This document shows, one piece after another, positions 13,660-29,056 of a stretch of DNA of 64,000 nucleotides. The stretch is from Octopus vulgaris (lineage: Eukaryota), in the NCBI GenBank assembly GCA_951406725.2, contig OX597817.1, positions 138,818,001-138,882,000 on the forward strand, read 5' to 3'. How positions within the stretch are numbered: the stretch's first letter is position 1; each line of letters starts with the position of its first letter. The position numbers and the translations under genes are program-made. A model generated the notes under the pieces. That model was not told where the DNA came from. It saw only the letters and a list, made by a program, of their open reading frames with translations, and made no database searches.

Positions 13660-14920
13660 ACTGTTCAATATTTGGCAGATTGAGGCACATTTCTCCTGCA
13701 TCAGCTGCTACACCTCCGTGTTGCTGGCGTGTGGGCAGCATTGTCGGTTCTTTTCTGCTATTGAGAGTGCGCAAACTTTTCCCGGTATTGTATTGCACTA
13801 GTTTTCTCTCTCTCTCTCTCTCTCTCTCTCGAGGTGTAGAGCAGTCTTTTTTGTATTACTGTTTGCAGTGTGTGCTGAGTGTGTAATGCACTGGTTACTG
13901 AGATTGCTGGTGGAAGTTTATTTCACTGGATAATTGCTATATATAGTGTGTCTTGTGTTTGTGGATTGTTTTGTTTAGTTTGTATTATTGAATTGATAGT
14001 GTCTTGCGTAGGATGTTGGCTGTGCTTGGCAGGGCTATTTTTGGATAGTGTGTAGCATTGAGGATCCCAGTATAGATTCTACGTTTTTGTTCATGTTTTT
14101 TATTATAACTAATGCCCTAACTGTTACTGGTATTGTTTTCATATTCATGCTCCACATCTTGAATACTTCAATTTCGAGGTCTCTGTACTTTAACAATTTC
14201 TCCATTTCTTTTTGGACAATATTTTGATCAGAAGGCACTGCAATGTCTATCAGTAAGCGGGTGTCTTTTTTCCCCAATCTTTGGGATAAGCTTTTATTTC
14301 TTTGTCAGTTTGAATCGGTTTGAATCCCAGATGATTGAGGCTTAGTCGTTTATACCACCTATTGTCAGTTTTAATGTTGTAATGTTAGCATATTGTCCAG
14401 TGGATATAACTGATTATTTTGTCGTGTCTATTTATATTTATATATATATATATATATATATTCAGATTTGGTAAGGACTGGGCAACCCGAGATGATATGA
14501 TCAATTGTCTCATTGTGCTGGTTGCACATTCTGCATTTGGTGTTGGGGCCCGTTTTCATTATTTAGCCTTTATATTTGTTTGTGGTCAGGCATTGGTCTT
14601 GTGCAGTGAGAATCAGTCCTTCCATTTCAGCTTTTAGTCCAGAGCTTTTGAGCCATTGTTGGCTTTTACTTAGGCTCACTTCCTCTCTCTCAAGCCTTGC
14701 AGGGTATTGGCCATGGCAGGAATATTCTCTCCATTTTTTCTTCTTCAGTATATTTTGCAGCTCTAATGTTTCCATCTTGTCCTTTGTCTCTCTCACCATT
14801 TCTGCTCTGTTGGCATCCGAGCTCAGTGTGTCTGTGTGGTTCCTTTCGGTTTTGTATTTTGTTGCTTCATTGTTTATAGAGAAAGGCGTTTTCTTTCTCT
14901 CGTGTTGCTTTTCAGCATGG
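13660..14920 (-). mobile_element. Decayed R4/Dong-like (REX6-like) retrotransposon, different subfamily
   Basis: Minus-strand peptides HGQY...SQQWLKSSGLKAEMEGLILTAQDQCLTT and LLIDIAVPSDQNIVQKEMEKLLKYRDLEIEV..MW...IPV. Terminates in (TAA)n, the known Dong-type target. Confidence 0.85.
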
Positions 14921-14924
14921 AGAG

Positions 14925-15225
14925 GTATCTTCTACTATAGACTTGGGCGGACCGAATCTTTGCGAATGATTTTGGCAGACGGAAACTGAAAGAAGCCCGT
15001 CGAATATATATATGTGAGTGTGTGTCTTTGCGTTTGTCCCCCACCAGTACATACAGTTCGTGTTGGTATGCTTAGGTCCCCGTAACCTAGCGGTTCAATA
15101 AACGAGACCGATAGAATAAGTACAGGCTTGAAAAAAGTATTGGGATCGATTCATTCAACTAAAAATTCTTGCGGCGCTCCAGCGTGGCCGCAGTCTAATG
15201 GCTGACGCAACTAAAAGATAAAAGA
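14925..15225 (+). mobile_element. 5'-truncated SINE with CR1-like tail
   Basis: Body GGCAGACGGAAACTGAAAGAAGCCCGTCG...GATAGAATAAGTAC. Tail GCGGCGCTCCAGCGTGGCCGCAGTC resembles the LINE tail at 550-600. Confidence 0.65.
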
Positions 15226-15981
15226 ATCTAAAGAAATCCGGAAATTATCACAGTTCTTTCTGTCTTTTAGTTCTTTCATTGATATCAATATGTTTAGCCA
15301 ATCTTAATACCCTTCAATCATCTGCGTTAAGCAAGAACCATTTTTTGGCAATAACAAACCTTTCTCTAATCACTTGCTTTTCAAATCAACTCTTAACTAT
15401 TGCATTCATGGAAAAAATCCAGCAACGACCATGAATTTGAGGAAGGTTTCGGTTATTTTCTGAACGTTGATTCTTTTTAAAGGTTTGAACTATTTCAATT
15501 GCACGAGTTTCTGAGAAAATAACCTTCTCAACGATCTTTTAGGCAAATGGCGTAAAAGACCGCGTGTCGAACCATTTGCACTTTTTGGCACAATTTGTTA
15601 GTTTTAAAAACTAATAGTCTAGAAATACAACGCAATCAAAGAATTCTCAGTTCTGTTTTTAGATACATTTTTGGGTCGAAATGTTAAGAAGTTTACTTCG
15701 CAAAGATAAGGCCCTGGTTTTGATTCCACTGAGTGGCATCTTGGAGAGGTGTCTGTCTTCGATCGACCGATACCTTGTGAATAAAGTAGGGTCAACGGAA
15801 ACTGCACGGAAGCCTGTTGGATGGATTGTGCCTAGAATTCAAAGGTGCAGCCATATCTTACTGTATCAAGATGATTCAGTATGAGAATTACATTAAGGAT
15901 AGACATGCTTCAGGAATACTCGACCGCTTACATGTTAATTCAGTGAACCCAGTAGTTGTTTTCATCGAATAATTGGACAAT

Positions 15982-16065
<84 letters not shown>

Positions 16066-16094
16066 GGAGAGAATATGAATGTGTGTGTGTATGA

Positions 16095-16146
<52 letters not shown>

Positions 16147-16353
16147 GTATATATTATTATTATTTTTTTAATTATTATTAGAGGATATGTGAACCTCGTG
16201 AAGGGATGGTTACATCCAAGGAAATACTGATTCAATGCTTAGTATTTTAGGGGAATGAAATTCCCTTAAGATAATAGGTATATATTAAGCATATAGCTTA
16301 TATCCAGTTAAAAGAACAGAAAATGGAGATGAGGAAGTTAACAATAATTTATT

Positions 16354-16471
16354 ATTAAATTTGTATTTGTGACATGAGCATAATTTCATCAGAGAAAAAA
16401 AATGTACCTTGAGAGGAACATCCTTTTTCTCTGATGAAATTATGCTCATGTCACAGAAATGCAAATTTAAT
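16354..16471. repeat. Long hairpin with a perfect 32-bp stem
   Basis: 16368-16399 is the exact reverse complement of 16424-16455, with imperfect extension on both sides. Confidence 0.9.
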
Positions 16472-16580
16472 GTATAAATTTGTAATTATTGAGTATTAAC
16501 TGAAACGGCTGTAAGAAGCGAAGATAACTAATTTGTTCATAATAAATAATTAACTTCTTTATCTCCATTTTCTTTTCTTT

Positions 16581-16694
<114 letters not shown>

Positions 16695-16931
16695 GTGTTG
16701 TTTGTATCTCTAGTAGAAAACGTTTCCCACATGGCTTCTTTGTGGAATCGAACACACATGTGTGGATGCAAAGCGAACTTCGTAATCACACACTCACGTC
16801 TTTGTGTATCTGCATCCTTATATTTCATGTTGTATTATCTTTAGATATATATTTTTAATGCGGTCTCCTATTTTGTATACCCACTCGTTTACATTTGGAG
16901 AGAATATGAATGAATGTGTGTGTGTGTATGA

Positions 16932-17011
<80 letters not shown>

Positions 17012-17374
17012 GTATGTGTGTGCGTGTGTATGTATATATCAAAACAAAAACAGAGATATAAGGTGGGGAAGAGAGAGTGTAAGGGTAGTGGGTTAGAGAG
17101 AGAGGCGAACATGTGAAAAGACTATGGAGTTGGTTCAATGTTTTGTTGAGCAAGAAGAGATATGGTCGCCGCCGCTGATGGGTTGTAATTGAGTATTCAG
17201 AGGTTCTTTAGCAATAGTTATCAATAAATAAATAATGGCAAAAGAAATATCACGGATTTCAGCTGCCGCCAGCCAACTGGAGAGGCAGAGTACTTCATAG
17301 ACCATTCTTTGGTTCCAGAACGGAATGACATCGGAGAGAGGATAATAAGGAAAAGAGCTGCGAGCGAGCGAGAG

Positions 17375-17440
<66 letters not shown>

Positions 17441-17543
17441 TATTGAGTGATAGATAGATTGCTAGATAGATGGATAAATATGTAGATATATGAATAGATG
17501 GCTATAATATATATGCGAGTGGTGCTATATGTGGGTGCGTGTG

Positions 17544-17574
<31 letters not shown>

Positions 17575-17606
17575 GCATATAGTAAGAGAGAAAAAGAGAG
17601 AGAAAC

Positions 17607-17669
<63 letters not shown>

Positions 17670-17863
17670 CAGACAGGTACGTATATGTCGCATATATACG
17701 TAAGGAGATGTGTGTGTATGTTAGATTGATGAACAGGTGAGCCAAAGTGAATGAAAAAAAGAGAGCAATGAGAAATTAGGTGTGGAGGGATACAGAGAAG
17801 AGAGAGAGAGAAAGTAAATTAAGTAGATAGATAGATATATAGATAGCTAGCTAGCTAGCTAGC

Positions 17864-17971
<108 letters not shown>

Positions 17972-18295
17972 GAATAAGTGAGTGGTGAGAAGCTGGGCGA
18001 GGCGTGTCTAGCGATGAGATTTTCAAAAAGCGATCTACTACAAATCGTTAAGCACCAAAGTGATGAAATATCCGTCGCGATTGACGCCAGTGGGCGCCAC
18101 CGTAGCTTGACACGTCACAGAGGAAAGGGGGGTGGGCGGAAAGAAAAGAGGAATAAAATATGAGAAAGAGAAAGTGAGAGAGAGAGATAGAGAGAAGAAG
18201 AAGGAAGGCGTAGATGAGAAAGAAAGAACAGGAAATACACACACATACACATACATACATGTATGTATGTATGTATGTATGTATGTATGTGTGTA

Positions 18296-18326
<31 letters not shown>

Positions 18327-18738
18327 TTTACGTGAAGAAGAGGAGAAAAAAATTGTGAAGCAAAAAGAGTAAAAGCGAAAAGGAAGTTCCCAGATCGATA
18401 AGTACTGAAATGAAAGCTGAATTTTCTATTGGATACGGCCGTTGTTGTCCCTTCCGGCCAAGCAGATGTTCTTTGCGACCAGTAGAGACTTGAAGATACA
18501 AAACACCGGCAAAAAGACTGCCACACGCAACACACACACACACACACACGTACAGGTACATATACATAAATATGCACCGACACATAGACACGCACACACA
18601 CACACACATACGTACATACAGATGCGCATACGTAATGTTTGCATATACAAACACACAATCACAACTATTTATACGCATTTTGTATACATTCACGCTGCCG
18701 TGTATAGAGCTGGGGTTCAATACAGATGTGTGTGTATG

Positions 18739-18776
<38 letters not shown>

Positions 18777-19033
18777 GAAATATAAGCATACATGGATATA
18801 TATATATACACACACACATATATTCACACATTTATACAAGTAAACACGCATACACTCACTCACATACATACATATACGTACGCACCAACACACGTACATA
18901 AACCGACACATACACACACACCAACATACGCACATTAACACTCACACATACAAACATACACACCAACACACACACAGCTCAAATTCCAGAATGAATAAAC
19001 TGCTAAATAGATTTATGCATGCAGCAATCAGCG

Positions 19034-19087
<54 letters not shown>

Positions 19088-19192
19088 CGTACATACGCAC
19101 ACACACCACACACACGTACTTACGCGCACACATACCACCACCACCACCACCACCACCACACCAGACTTCTATCTTAGTCTTGCACCACTTTG

Positions 19193-19227
<35 letters not shown>

Positions 19228-19401
19228 GCACACATTCTCTTTTCTGTCTCTTTCTCTCTCGCTCTTTTCCTATCTTCTCCTTTCACTGTTCCTCTTTCCC
19301 TCTCTACAGTAAACCCCTATCTCTGTCCCCACCACTACCTCTATATTTCTTTCTCAACTCAACATAATATACACCCACACTTTCTGTCACCCTCTCTCTC
19401 A

Positions 19402-19455
<54 letters not shown>

Positions 19456-19475
19456 CTGTGCATACATACTTACAT

Positions 19476-19546
<71 letters not shown>

Positions 19547-20498
19547 CAGAACTATACACATGCATATGCGTGTGTGTGTGTGTGTAAAATGTTTATAAAC
19601 GTGTCTAAGTACGTACGTATGTGTATATATACGTCGTACCTATGTATGTATGCATATATATATATATATATATATATACGTGTAATTTATGTATGTATGC
19701 ATATATATATATGTATGTATGTGTATTCAGCTGGATATCCAATGGCAACCGTCCTCCTTTAAACTTTATTGAGTCAGCAGCCATCTCCAGAAGATGGGAT
19801 CGAGAGAAACCTTGGTCTTTGCTTAGATATCTCTCCCGTACAAGGAAAATTCCAGTGTATCACATGCAACTTCGGTTGTATCCAGTGCTGTAGACAAGTA
19901 ATTCTTTTGGGATAAATGCATATTTTGTTTAGAGATTGGGGCTGGTTCTGTTTAGAGATTGGGGCAAGTCCTGTGTTGCGTACAATGGCTGGCCGTTGCT
20001 CAAAAGCAAAACATTCAATAAAAAAATTTGCATGAGGGAATGAAGCCATGGGTCGGCATGCGTGATACGTTGTCTGAAGAGCTACTGCAAGAGGTGCCCG
20101 TCGTTGCCAAAATCGTGCAGAAGTAAAAAGTCACACCGAAGATGTTCTACAAGAACATGCGTTGGCATTGACCGAAATTGTTTAGCAGTCATAATGTTTC
20201 TATGTTGTCTTCCGTTTTTAATTATTAGAAGTCTTCCTGTGAGGAAGCAGTCGGTTTCTAACAAAGATGAAGAGCTCAATCTTTGGAGATAGCAAAAACA
20301 AACTTTCATTTTCAACTTGAGAAAACGTACATATTTTTATTGTTTTTATTTTGTATTTGTAATATACGCGTTAACTGGCTGATTTTATTTTATTTATTTA
20401 CTTTTTTGAAAACTCCACCTTGTATGTATGTATGTATTATGTGTGCATGCACGTTCTTATACACCCGTATATATACACATATATAAATACATATGTAG

Positions 20499-20590
<92 letters not shown>

Positions 20591-20864
20591 GTGTGTGTTT
20601 TGCAAGATTTTTGATGTGAAATATTGTGTGGAAACAGATATTGCTGTATTTAAGAATGGTCATTTTGCCAGTTTAACCAATAAAAACACATACAATAGGA
20701 ATACAAAATACAAAATGGCTGACCGTTAGTAAGGAGGGACACACATATAACGCTGAAGCAAAGTAACACCAAATATATAGTGCGTGTGTTTTTATTGACT
20801 AAACTGTCAAAATGACCATTCCTAAATACAACAATATATATATATATATATGTATGTATGTATA

Positions 20865-21160
20865 TAACTTAGATTGGTTTTGGCCATTATAGGCCCAGGC
20901 CATGACTAACTCAATAGCACCACCTGGAAAAGTCTTTAAGTTAATTATTTCGGGACACCATGGACCACATGAGCAGAGAGTTGTTGTTGGTTGAGACGTA
21001 TTCAGGGTGGTTTATCCGGTATTTCCTGGAGGAATTTGTCCAGATACCGTTTGAAAGTTGTGGGGTCTTTTTCTACTTCAATTTCTTTCGAGATAACATT
21101 GAAAAGGGCAGAACCGTTTGCAGTGAAGAAACTGTGTCTCAATGTTCTTATGTCATGTGA
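20865..21160 (-). mobile_element. CR1-like LINE 3' fragment (also at about 26375-26665)
   Basis: Copy 2 reads [19 protein letters not shown]...[21 protein letters not shown]...NNSLL, followed by a CAGGTGGTGC...CATGGCC tail. Confidence 0.75.
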
Positions 21161-21256
21161 TCTCGATTTTTATAGGGAACGTATAGCATTAGGGCCTTAT
21201 ATATATTTATATATATATACATACACACACACGTACATATATATATATATATACAT

Positions 21257-21299
<43 letters not shown>

Positions 21300-21912
21300 C
21301 ACATACATATATATATATATACATACACATACACATATATATATATACATATATACACATATATATATATATAGGTATGTATATATGTATGAATATATAT
21401 ACATATATATGTATATATGTATATATATATATGTATGTATGTATACGCCAGCCAAGATAAGTTAAATTGTCTGAAGTCGTAAGACACCCGCTGTTTTTGT
21501 CCTGTTATTACTATTCCTGTTTTTTATTTTTATTTTTTGTTTCTTGTATTTATATTCGTGTGGCATCGTCCGGTTTTCTGTCTTTGTTTCGCATACATTC
21601 GATCCTTTTCCCAAGAAATCTAATGTTCGTAGCTTAGTTTTTCCTTGTGGCTGGCCAGATCGGAGCGATATCAGGATTAATCAGCCGAAATTGCTAAGAT
21701 GATCCGGTTCCCGACTGAAGATTAGGTCTGTTTTTTTGTGTCATCTCTTTGTGTGGTTTGCGTTCTTGTCCCCTTTTGTAATTTTTATATATAATTTTTA
21801 TACATATATGTATGTATATGTATATATAGATACATATATATGTATGTATTTGTATGTATATACATATATATGTATATATAAATGTATGTATATGTATATA
21901 TATATACATATA

Positions 21913-21962
<50 letters not shown>

Positions 21963-23505
21963 TATATACAATCACATTCATATATATAAATATAGATGAG
22001 TGTAAAAATTATAACGAAATTATAATGGATTTATAGATCTTTCTACAAGAACAGGGCTTTTTTTTATACGAGATATGTTTGAAGAAAACTTAACAAGAAA
22101 AGAAACTGGAAATACACATGTGCGTATTGACATATTTGCATGCATACATACAGACAAATCTGCACATACATGCACACAAAAATACCCTGTTGTTGATGTT
22201 GAAATTCCATTGAAAGAGCCTTAGATCTAGGTTAGAAACCAGTTCTTTCTTTATTGGTAAGAAAACTTGAAATAAAGTTACTGATACACAAACATATATA
22301 TATATATATTGCATACATACATATATGTACATACCTACATATATATCTATATATACATGCATATATGGATACAGGACGTCAAAAACGTGAACAAAATGAA
22401 AAACGAGAACATAAAAACCAAAAACATAGAAAACGAACTTTTTTTCGAACAACGAAAGAAACAAATAAAGAAACGACACGGGCAACATAAAGATCAATCC
22501 CTTTATCAGTTGTCCCCTGTTTTCTCTACTCCGCGTTTCGAGCACATAGATAGGATGGCAGTTTCTCGTAGTCCCGAGAAAAACGACCCTGCACTTTCTT
22601 GCACACAATTGATTTGCTTATAGTGGTCAAATGCACGTGCCACACATTAGCTTGTTCCCTCCATCATATTGACGTTACCTGAACAGGTGGTTGGTGTGCC
22701 ACGCGTCAGGCGTCGAAGAGGTCGCAGGAAACGTGAGATGAAGAGTTCTGCTGAAGAAGGCATTGCGCTACCCGGTCCAAGAACTGAAACCACGGTTCGG
22801 CGATACTCTGTGCAATGCCATAACAACCACACAATCACTAACTACTTGGCTATACAAACACGCACATATACACTTACACGCATCCATCCATCCATGTCTT
22901 CATCCATCTACAGAAGAAGAGAGAGCACGTCAAGAAATAAAGAATTTCTCTGCTTGTTTGAGCGGCATGGATCAACTATGGCAAATGTATGGAGAGTTCT
23001 GCTGCCAGAGAAGCTAATGGCCAAGTTTCGGTTGCAGCTTTTCTAATTAAACATTTATACACACTGCTAGCTGTTGCCTTCAAGGAGAAAAATTGTGTAG
23101 TGTATTGTATGCATTGTGTGAGGTGGTGTGATGTGATGTGGTGTGTGTGTGTGTCTGCGCGCGCACACATACGACAGAGAGAATATTTGTAAAGATGTCA
23201 GCTGAATAATGTCTTCAATAAATTATGAATGTCGCTCCACTGTTACAGAGAGATTGCGCACGTTTTTCTATATATGTGTGGATGTATGTGCGTGCGTGCA
23301 CGTGTGTGTGTGTGTGCATGCGTGTGTGTTTATGAATGTACATATATACATACATATAAGTATAATATACATGTGTATATACATAATATATATATGCATA
23401 TGAACAATGTGTATTGATACATACCTATTCATATTTCACATATATATGTCTGTGTGTATATATCTAAACATATTTATACATTTATATATCTTTATATATA
23501 TATAT

Positions 23506-23555
<50 letters not shown>

Positions 23556-24194
23556 GCGTGTACACACACACACATACACATGCGTGTGTCGGGGGAGCGC
23601 GGGAGAGGGTTGCGTGTGTATTTCAGTACTGAAAATCGAAGCTGTAAATGAAATATTTAGAATGGAAGCAGATTTTCTTTATGGTTTTCATGAACCTCTG
23701 ATGTACCGTGTTACCGTTTGCTCCTCAAACAAGTCTCGTTCTCTTTCCTCCATCATCCACATAGACTATTCACTTAAAATATACAAACCAGTCGTAGCTG
23801 CTATTTTCATGTTTTCCCTCAATTATAATCACAGGATCTAAAAAATATGGTGCGAGCTAGTTAGACGATTAAATTGACTCCAGTAATTGACTGGTAGTAT
23901 ATCTTATCGACCCCGAGATGTATAGAAGGCAAAGCTGACCTTGGTAGGGTTTGAAACCGGAACATAATGCATTTTAACTAAATACGCCAAACGTATTCTG
24001 CCCAAATGCTCCTTTGCAAATTCACCCCCCTTAACCACCTCCTTTACCAATATATTTCTTGCTCTCTCACTTTGCACTTCTTTTTTTTGTTTCTTCTCAC
24101 CCCTCTCCCTTTGCTTTTTTTCTATTTATTTCTACAACACATGCACGCACATACACACGCACTCACCGCACGCGCACACAAACACACACACTCA

Positions 24195-24580
24195 TGAAAT
24201 CTGTCGGAGGGATAACCGCGAAGACAAAGAAATAAGAACCCGCAATATGGTAGAAGCCATAGCCATTCATAATAAAAAGGAATGTCCCAGTGAAGACCTT
24301 AATGAAATATAAGCAAAACAGACCTGATATAATGATTTGGGATAGAGAAGAGAAACTGTACAGTTGTGGAAATTAGCTGCTCAGTGGATGTTAACATCAG
24401 TGAAAAAGAGAACACCTATGCTGAACTATTGAGAAATCTGCAGATTACAAGTTGAGGTTTATACCTGTAATTAATGGAGACCTGGGATATGTAACACACT
24501 GCCTAAATACCATACCAATCTTGAGAAATTAGGCTTCGTAAAACCAGAAAGAAGAAAGCAAATTCGAAGACTACAGATCC
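24195..24580 (+). mobile_element. Decayed R4/Dong-like fragment (also at about 29695-30085)
   Basis: Nucleotide similarity to 8760-9190 (GACAAAGAAATAAGAACCC...CAGACCTGATATAATGAT...). Confidence 0.8.
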
Positions 24581-25514
24581 ATTGGATGACCCGAGTGCAA
24601 CTGGATGCTGGGTCAAAACGGATCATTAGGGGAACATTTCTGCATTATGACAGTTGATATGAACATTATCGAGTACACATACTCATATGTATGAGCCTTG
24701 CTTATTTGCCGGCCGGTTGCGAGTTGATGCGAAAGAAAATTAAATTGCGAATTTAAGGCAGCTCCAGCAATTTAGGCATAATCGGTCGCACATATATAGT
24801 GTGTGTGTGTTTTGTTTAAAGGACAATCTGCTGCGGGATAGCGTCCAAAGAAAGCTCCCAACTCGACGCCGAGTATTCAAAACGCAGAGACAACTCGCAC
24901 GGAAGGGATCGAGAATGGTAGACACCGATTCATTTTTTGTTTCCAGCTGATCCGATTACATGGGATTGATAAGCAACAATAACGGCGAAATATCGATATC
25001 TGTCATTTTCAATCACTACGGGAGTAGTTCTCTCGTCTGGTTTGGGACAACCAGTATTCGTTAACATTCAGCGTCGTGTAGGGATCTTGCCCTGGAGGCC
25101 ATTTTCGCAGGAATTAGCGTTTAAACAACACACACACGTATGCTTGCGTGTATGTGTGAGTGTGTGTGTATGCATGCATGCATGTATGTGTATGATTACT
25201 GACTGACGCATTCGCTTGGATTCCACTAAACACCCTATATGTACTGTGTGTATGTGGATGTACAGAAAAGTTCATGGCTTTGAAGGTATCGCGAAAGGCC
25301 TGGCTTGAGGCCCAAACTTCCGAGGTTTTTTACAGGGTTTAGAAAAATTGAAGGGCCATTGCAATAAGTGTGTGAATTCGAGAAGGAAATATCTTCAATG
25401 AAATTATTTCTACTCATATTCACCTATATTTCGTTTTTATCCAAAGTCAGGAACTTTTGTGTCCCCACCTCGTATACATGCATACATACATACATACATA
25501 CATACATACATACA

Positions 25515-25547
<33 letters not shown>

Positions 25548-25551
25548 GTAT

Positions 25552-26010
25552 ATGAAGCCATGGGTCGGCATGCGTGATACGTTGTCTGAAGAGCTACTGC
25601 AAGAGGTGCCCATCGTTGCCAAAATCGTGCAGAAGTAAAAAGTCACACCTAAGATGTTCTACAAGAACATGCGTTGGCATTGACCGAAATTGTTTAGCAG
25701 TCATAATGTTTCTATGTTGTCTTCCGTTTTTAATTATTAGAAGTCTTCCTGTGAGGAAGCAGTCGGTTTCTAACAAAGATGAAGAGCTCAATCTTTGGAG
25801 ATAGCAAAAACAAACTTTCATTTTCAACTTGAGAAAACGTACATATTTTTATTGTTTTTATTTTGTATTTGTAATATACGCGTTAACTGGCTGATTTTAT
25901 TTTATTTATTTACTTTTTTGAAAACTCCACCTTGTATGTATGTATGTATTATGTGTGCATGCACGTTCTTATACACCCGTATATATACACATATATAAAT
26001 ACATATGTAG

Positions 26011-26095
<85 letters not shown>

Positions 26096-26338
26096 GTGTG
26101 TGTGTTTTGCAAGATTTTTGATGAGAAATATTGTGTGGAAACAGATATTGCTGTATTTAAGAATGGTCATTTTGCCAGTTTAACCAATAAAAACACATAC
26201 AATAGGAATACAAAATACAAAATGGCTGACCGTTAGTAAGGAGGGACACATATAACGCTGAAGCAAAGTAACACCAAATATATAGTGCGTGTGTTTTTAT
26301 TGACTAAACTGTCAAAATGACCATTCCTAAATACAACA

Positions 26339-26370
<32 letters not shown>

Positions 26371-26766
26371 ATAACTTAGATTGGTTTTGGCCATTATAGG
26401 CTCAGGCCATGACTAAGTCAATAGCACCACCTGGAAAAGTCTTTAAGTTAATTATTTCGGGACACCATGGACCACATGAGCAGAGAGTTGTTGTTGGTTG
26501 AGACGTAATCAGGTGTGGGTGGTTTATCCGGTATTTCCTGGAGGAATTTGTCCAGATACCGTTTGAAAGTTGTGGGGTTTTTTTCTACTTTAATTTCTTT
26601 CGAGATAACATTGAAAAGGGCAGAACCGTTTGCAGTGAAGAAACTGTGTCTCAATGTTCTTATGTCATGTGATCTCGATTTTTATAGGGAACGTATAGCA
26701 TTAGGGCCTTATATATATTTATATATATATACATACACACACACGTACATATATATATATATACAT

Positions 26767-26836
<70 letters not shown>

Positions 26837-27444
26837 ATATATATATATATACATACACATACACATATATATATATATACATATATACACATATATATAT
26901 ATATAGGTATGTATATATGTATGAATATATATACATATATATGTATATATGTATATATATATATGTATGTATGTATACGCCAGCCAAGATAAGTTAAATT
27001 GTCTGAAGTCGTAAGACACCCGCTGTTTTTGTCCTGTTATTACTATTCCTGTTTTTTATTTTTATTTTTTGTTTCTTGTATTTATATTCGTGTGGCATCG
27101 TCCGGTTTTCTGTCTTTGTTTCGCATACATTCGATCCTTTTCCCAAGAAATCTAATGCTCGTAGCTTAGTTTTTCCTTGTGGCTGGCCAGATCGGAGCGA
27201 TATCAGGATTAATCAGCCGAAATTGCTAAGATGATCCGGTTCCCGACTGAAGATTAGGTCTGTTTTTTTGTGTCATCTCTTTGTGTGGTTTGCGTTCTTG
27301 TCCCCTTTTGTAATTTTTATATATAATTTTTATACATATATGTATGTATATGTATATATAGATACATATATATGTATGTATTTGTATGTATATACATATA
27401 TATGTATATATAAATGTATGTATATGTATATATATATACATATA

Positions 27445-27502
<58 letters not shown>

Positions 27503-29008
27503 CACATTCATATATATAAATATAGATGAGTGTTAAAATTATAACGAAATTATAATGGATTTATAGATCTTTCTACAAGAACAGGGCTTTTTTTTATACG
27601 AGATATGTTTGAAGAAAACTTAACAAGAAAAGAAACTGGAAATACACATGTGCGTATTGACATATTTGCATGCATACATACAGACAAATCTGCACATACA
27701 TGCACACAAAAATACCCTGTTGTTGATGTTGAAATTCCATTGAAAGAGCCTTAGATCTAGGTTAGAAACCAGTTCTTTCTTTATTGGTAAGAAAACTTGA
27801 AATAAAGTTACTGATACACAAACATATATATATATATTGCATACATACATATATGTACATACCTACATATATATCTATATATACATGCATATATGGATAC
27901 AGGACGTCAAAAACGTGAACAAAATGAAAAACGAGAACATAAAAACCAAAAACATAGAAAACGAACTTTTTTTCGAACAACGAAAGAAACAAATAAAGAA
28001 ACGACACGGGCAACATAAAGATCAATCCCTTTATCAGTTGTCCCCTGTTTTCTCTACTCCGCGTTTCGAGCACATAGATAGGATGGCAGTTTCTCGTAGT
28101 CCCGAGAAAAACGACCCTGCACTTTCTTGCACACAATTGATTTGCTTATAGTGGTCAAATGCACGTGCCACACATTAGCTTGTTCCCTCCATCATATTGA
28201 CGTTACCTGAACAGGTGGTTGGTGTGCCACGCGTCAGGCGTCGAAGAGGTCGCAGGAAACGCGAGATGAAGAGTTCTGCTGAAGAAGGCATTGCGCTACC
28301 CGGTCCAAGAACTGAAACCACGGTCCGGCGATACTCTGTGCAATGCCATAACAACCACACAATCACTAACTACTACAAACACGCACATATACACTTACAC
28401 GCATCCATCCATCCATGCCTTCATCCATCTACAGAAGAAGAGAGAGCACGTCAAGAAATAAAGAATTTCTCTGCTTGTTTGAGCGGCATGGATCAACTAT
28501 GGCAAATGTATGGAGAGTTCTGCTGCCAGAGAAGCTAATGGCCAAGTTTCGGTTGCAGCTTTTCTAATTAAACATTTATACACACTGCTAGCTGTTGCCT
28601 TCAAGGAGAAAAATTGTGTAGTGTATTGTATGCATTGTGTGATGTGGTGTGATGTGATGTGGTGTGTGTGTGTGTCTGCGCGCGCGCACATACGACAGAG
28701 AGAATCTTTGTAAAGATGTCAGCTGAATAATGTCTTCAATAAATTATGAATGTCGCTCCACTGTTACAGAGAGATTGCGCACGTTTTTCTATATATGTGG
28801 ATGTATGTGCGTGCGTGCACGTGTGTGTGTGTGTGCATGCGTGTGTGTTTATGAATGTACATATATACATACATATAAGTATAATATACATGTGTATATA
28901 CATAATATATATATGCATATGAACAATGTGTATTGATACATACCTATTCATATTTCACATATATATGTCTGTGTGTATATATCTAAACATATTTATACAT
29001 TTATATAT

Positions 29009-29056
<48 letters not shown>

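Larger units (their letters stand above)
20040..25551 (+). repeat. ~5.5 kb tandem duplication, copy 1
   Basis: Near-identical to 25552-31052; the same ORF-track entries recur at an offset of about 5.5 kb. Confidence 0.97.

Noticed and set aside
22520-22582. Hammerhead-like scaffold on the minus strand (TTTTCTC...GAAAC gcgga GTA GAGAAAA)
   Set aside because: The CUGANGA core is absent (GGGACTAC instead); too degenerate to call.
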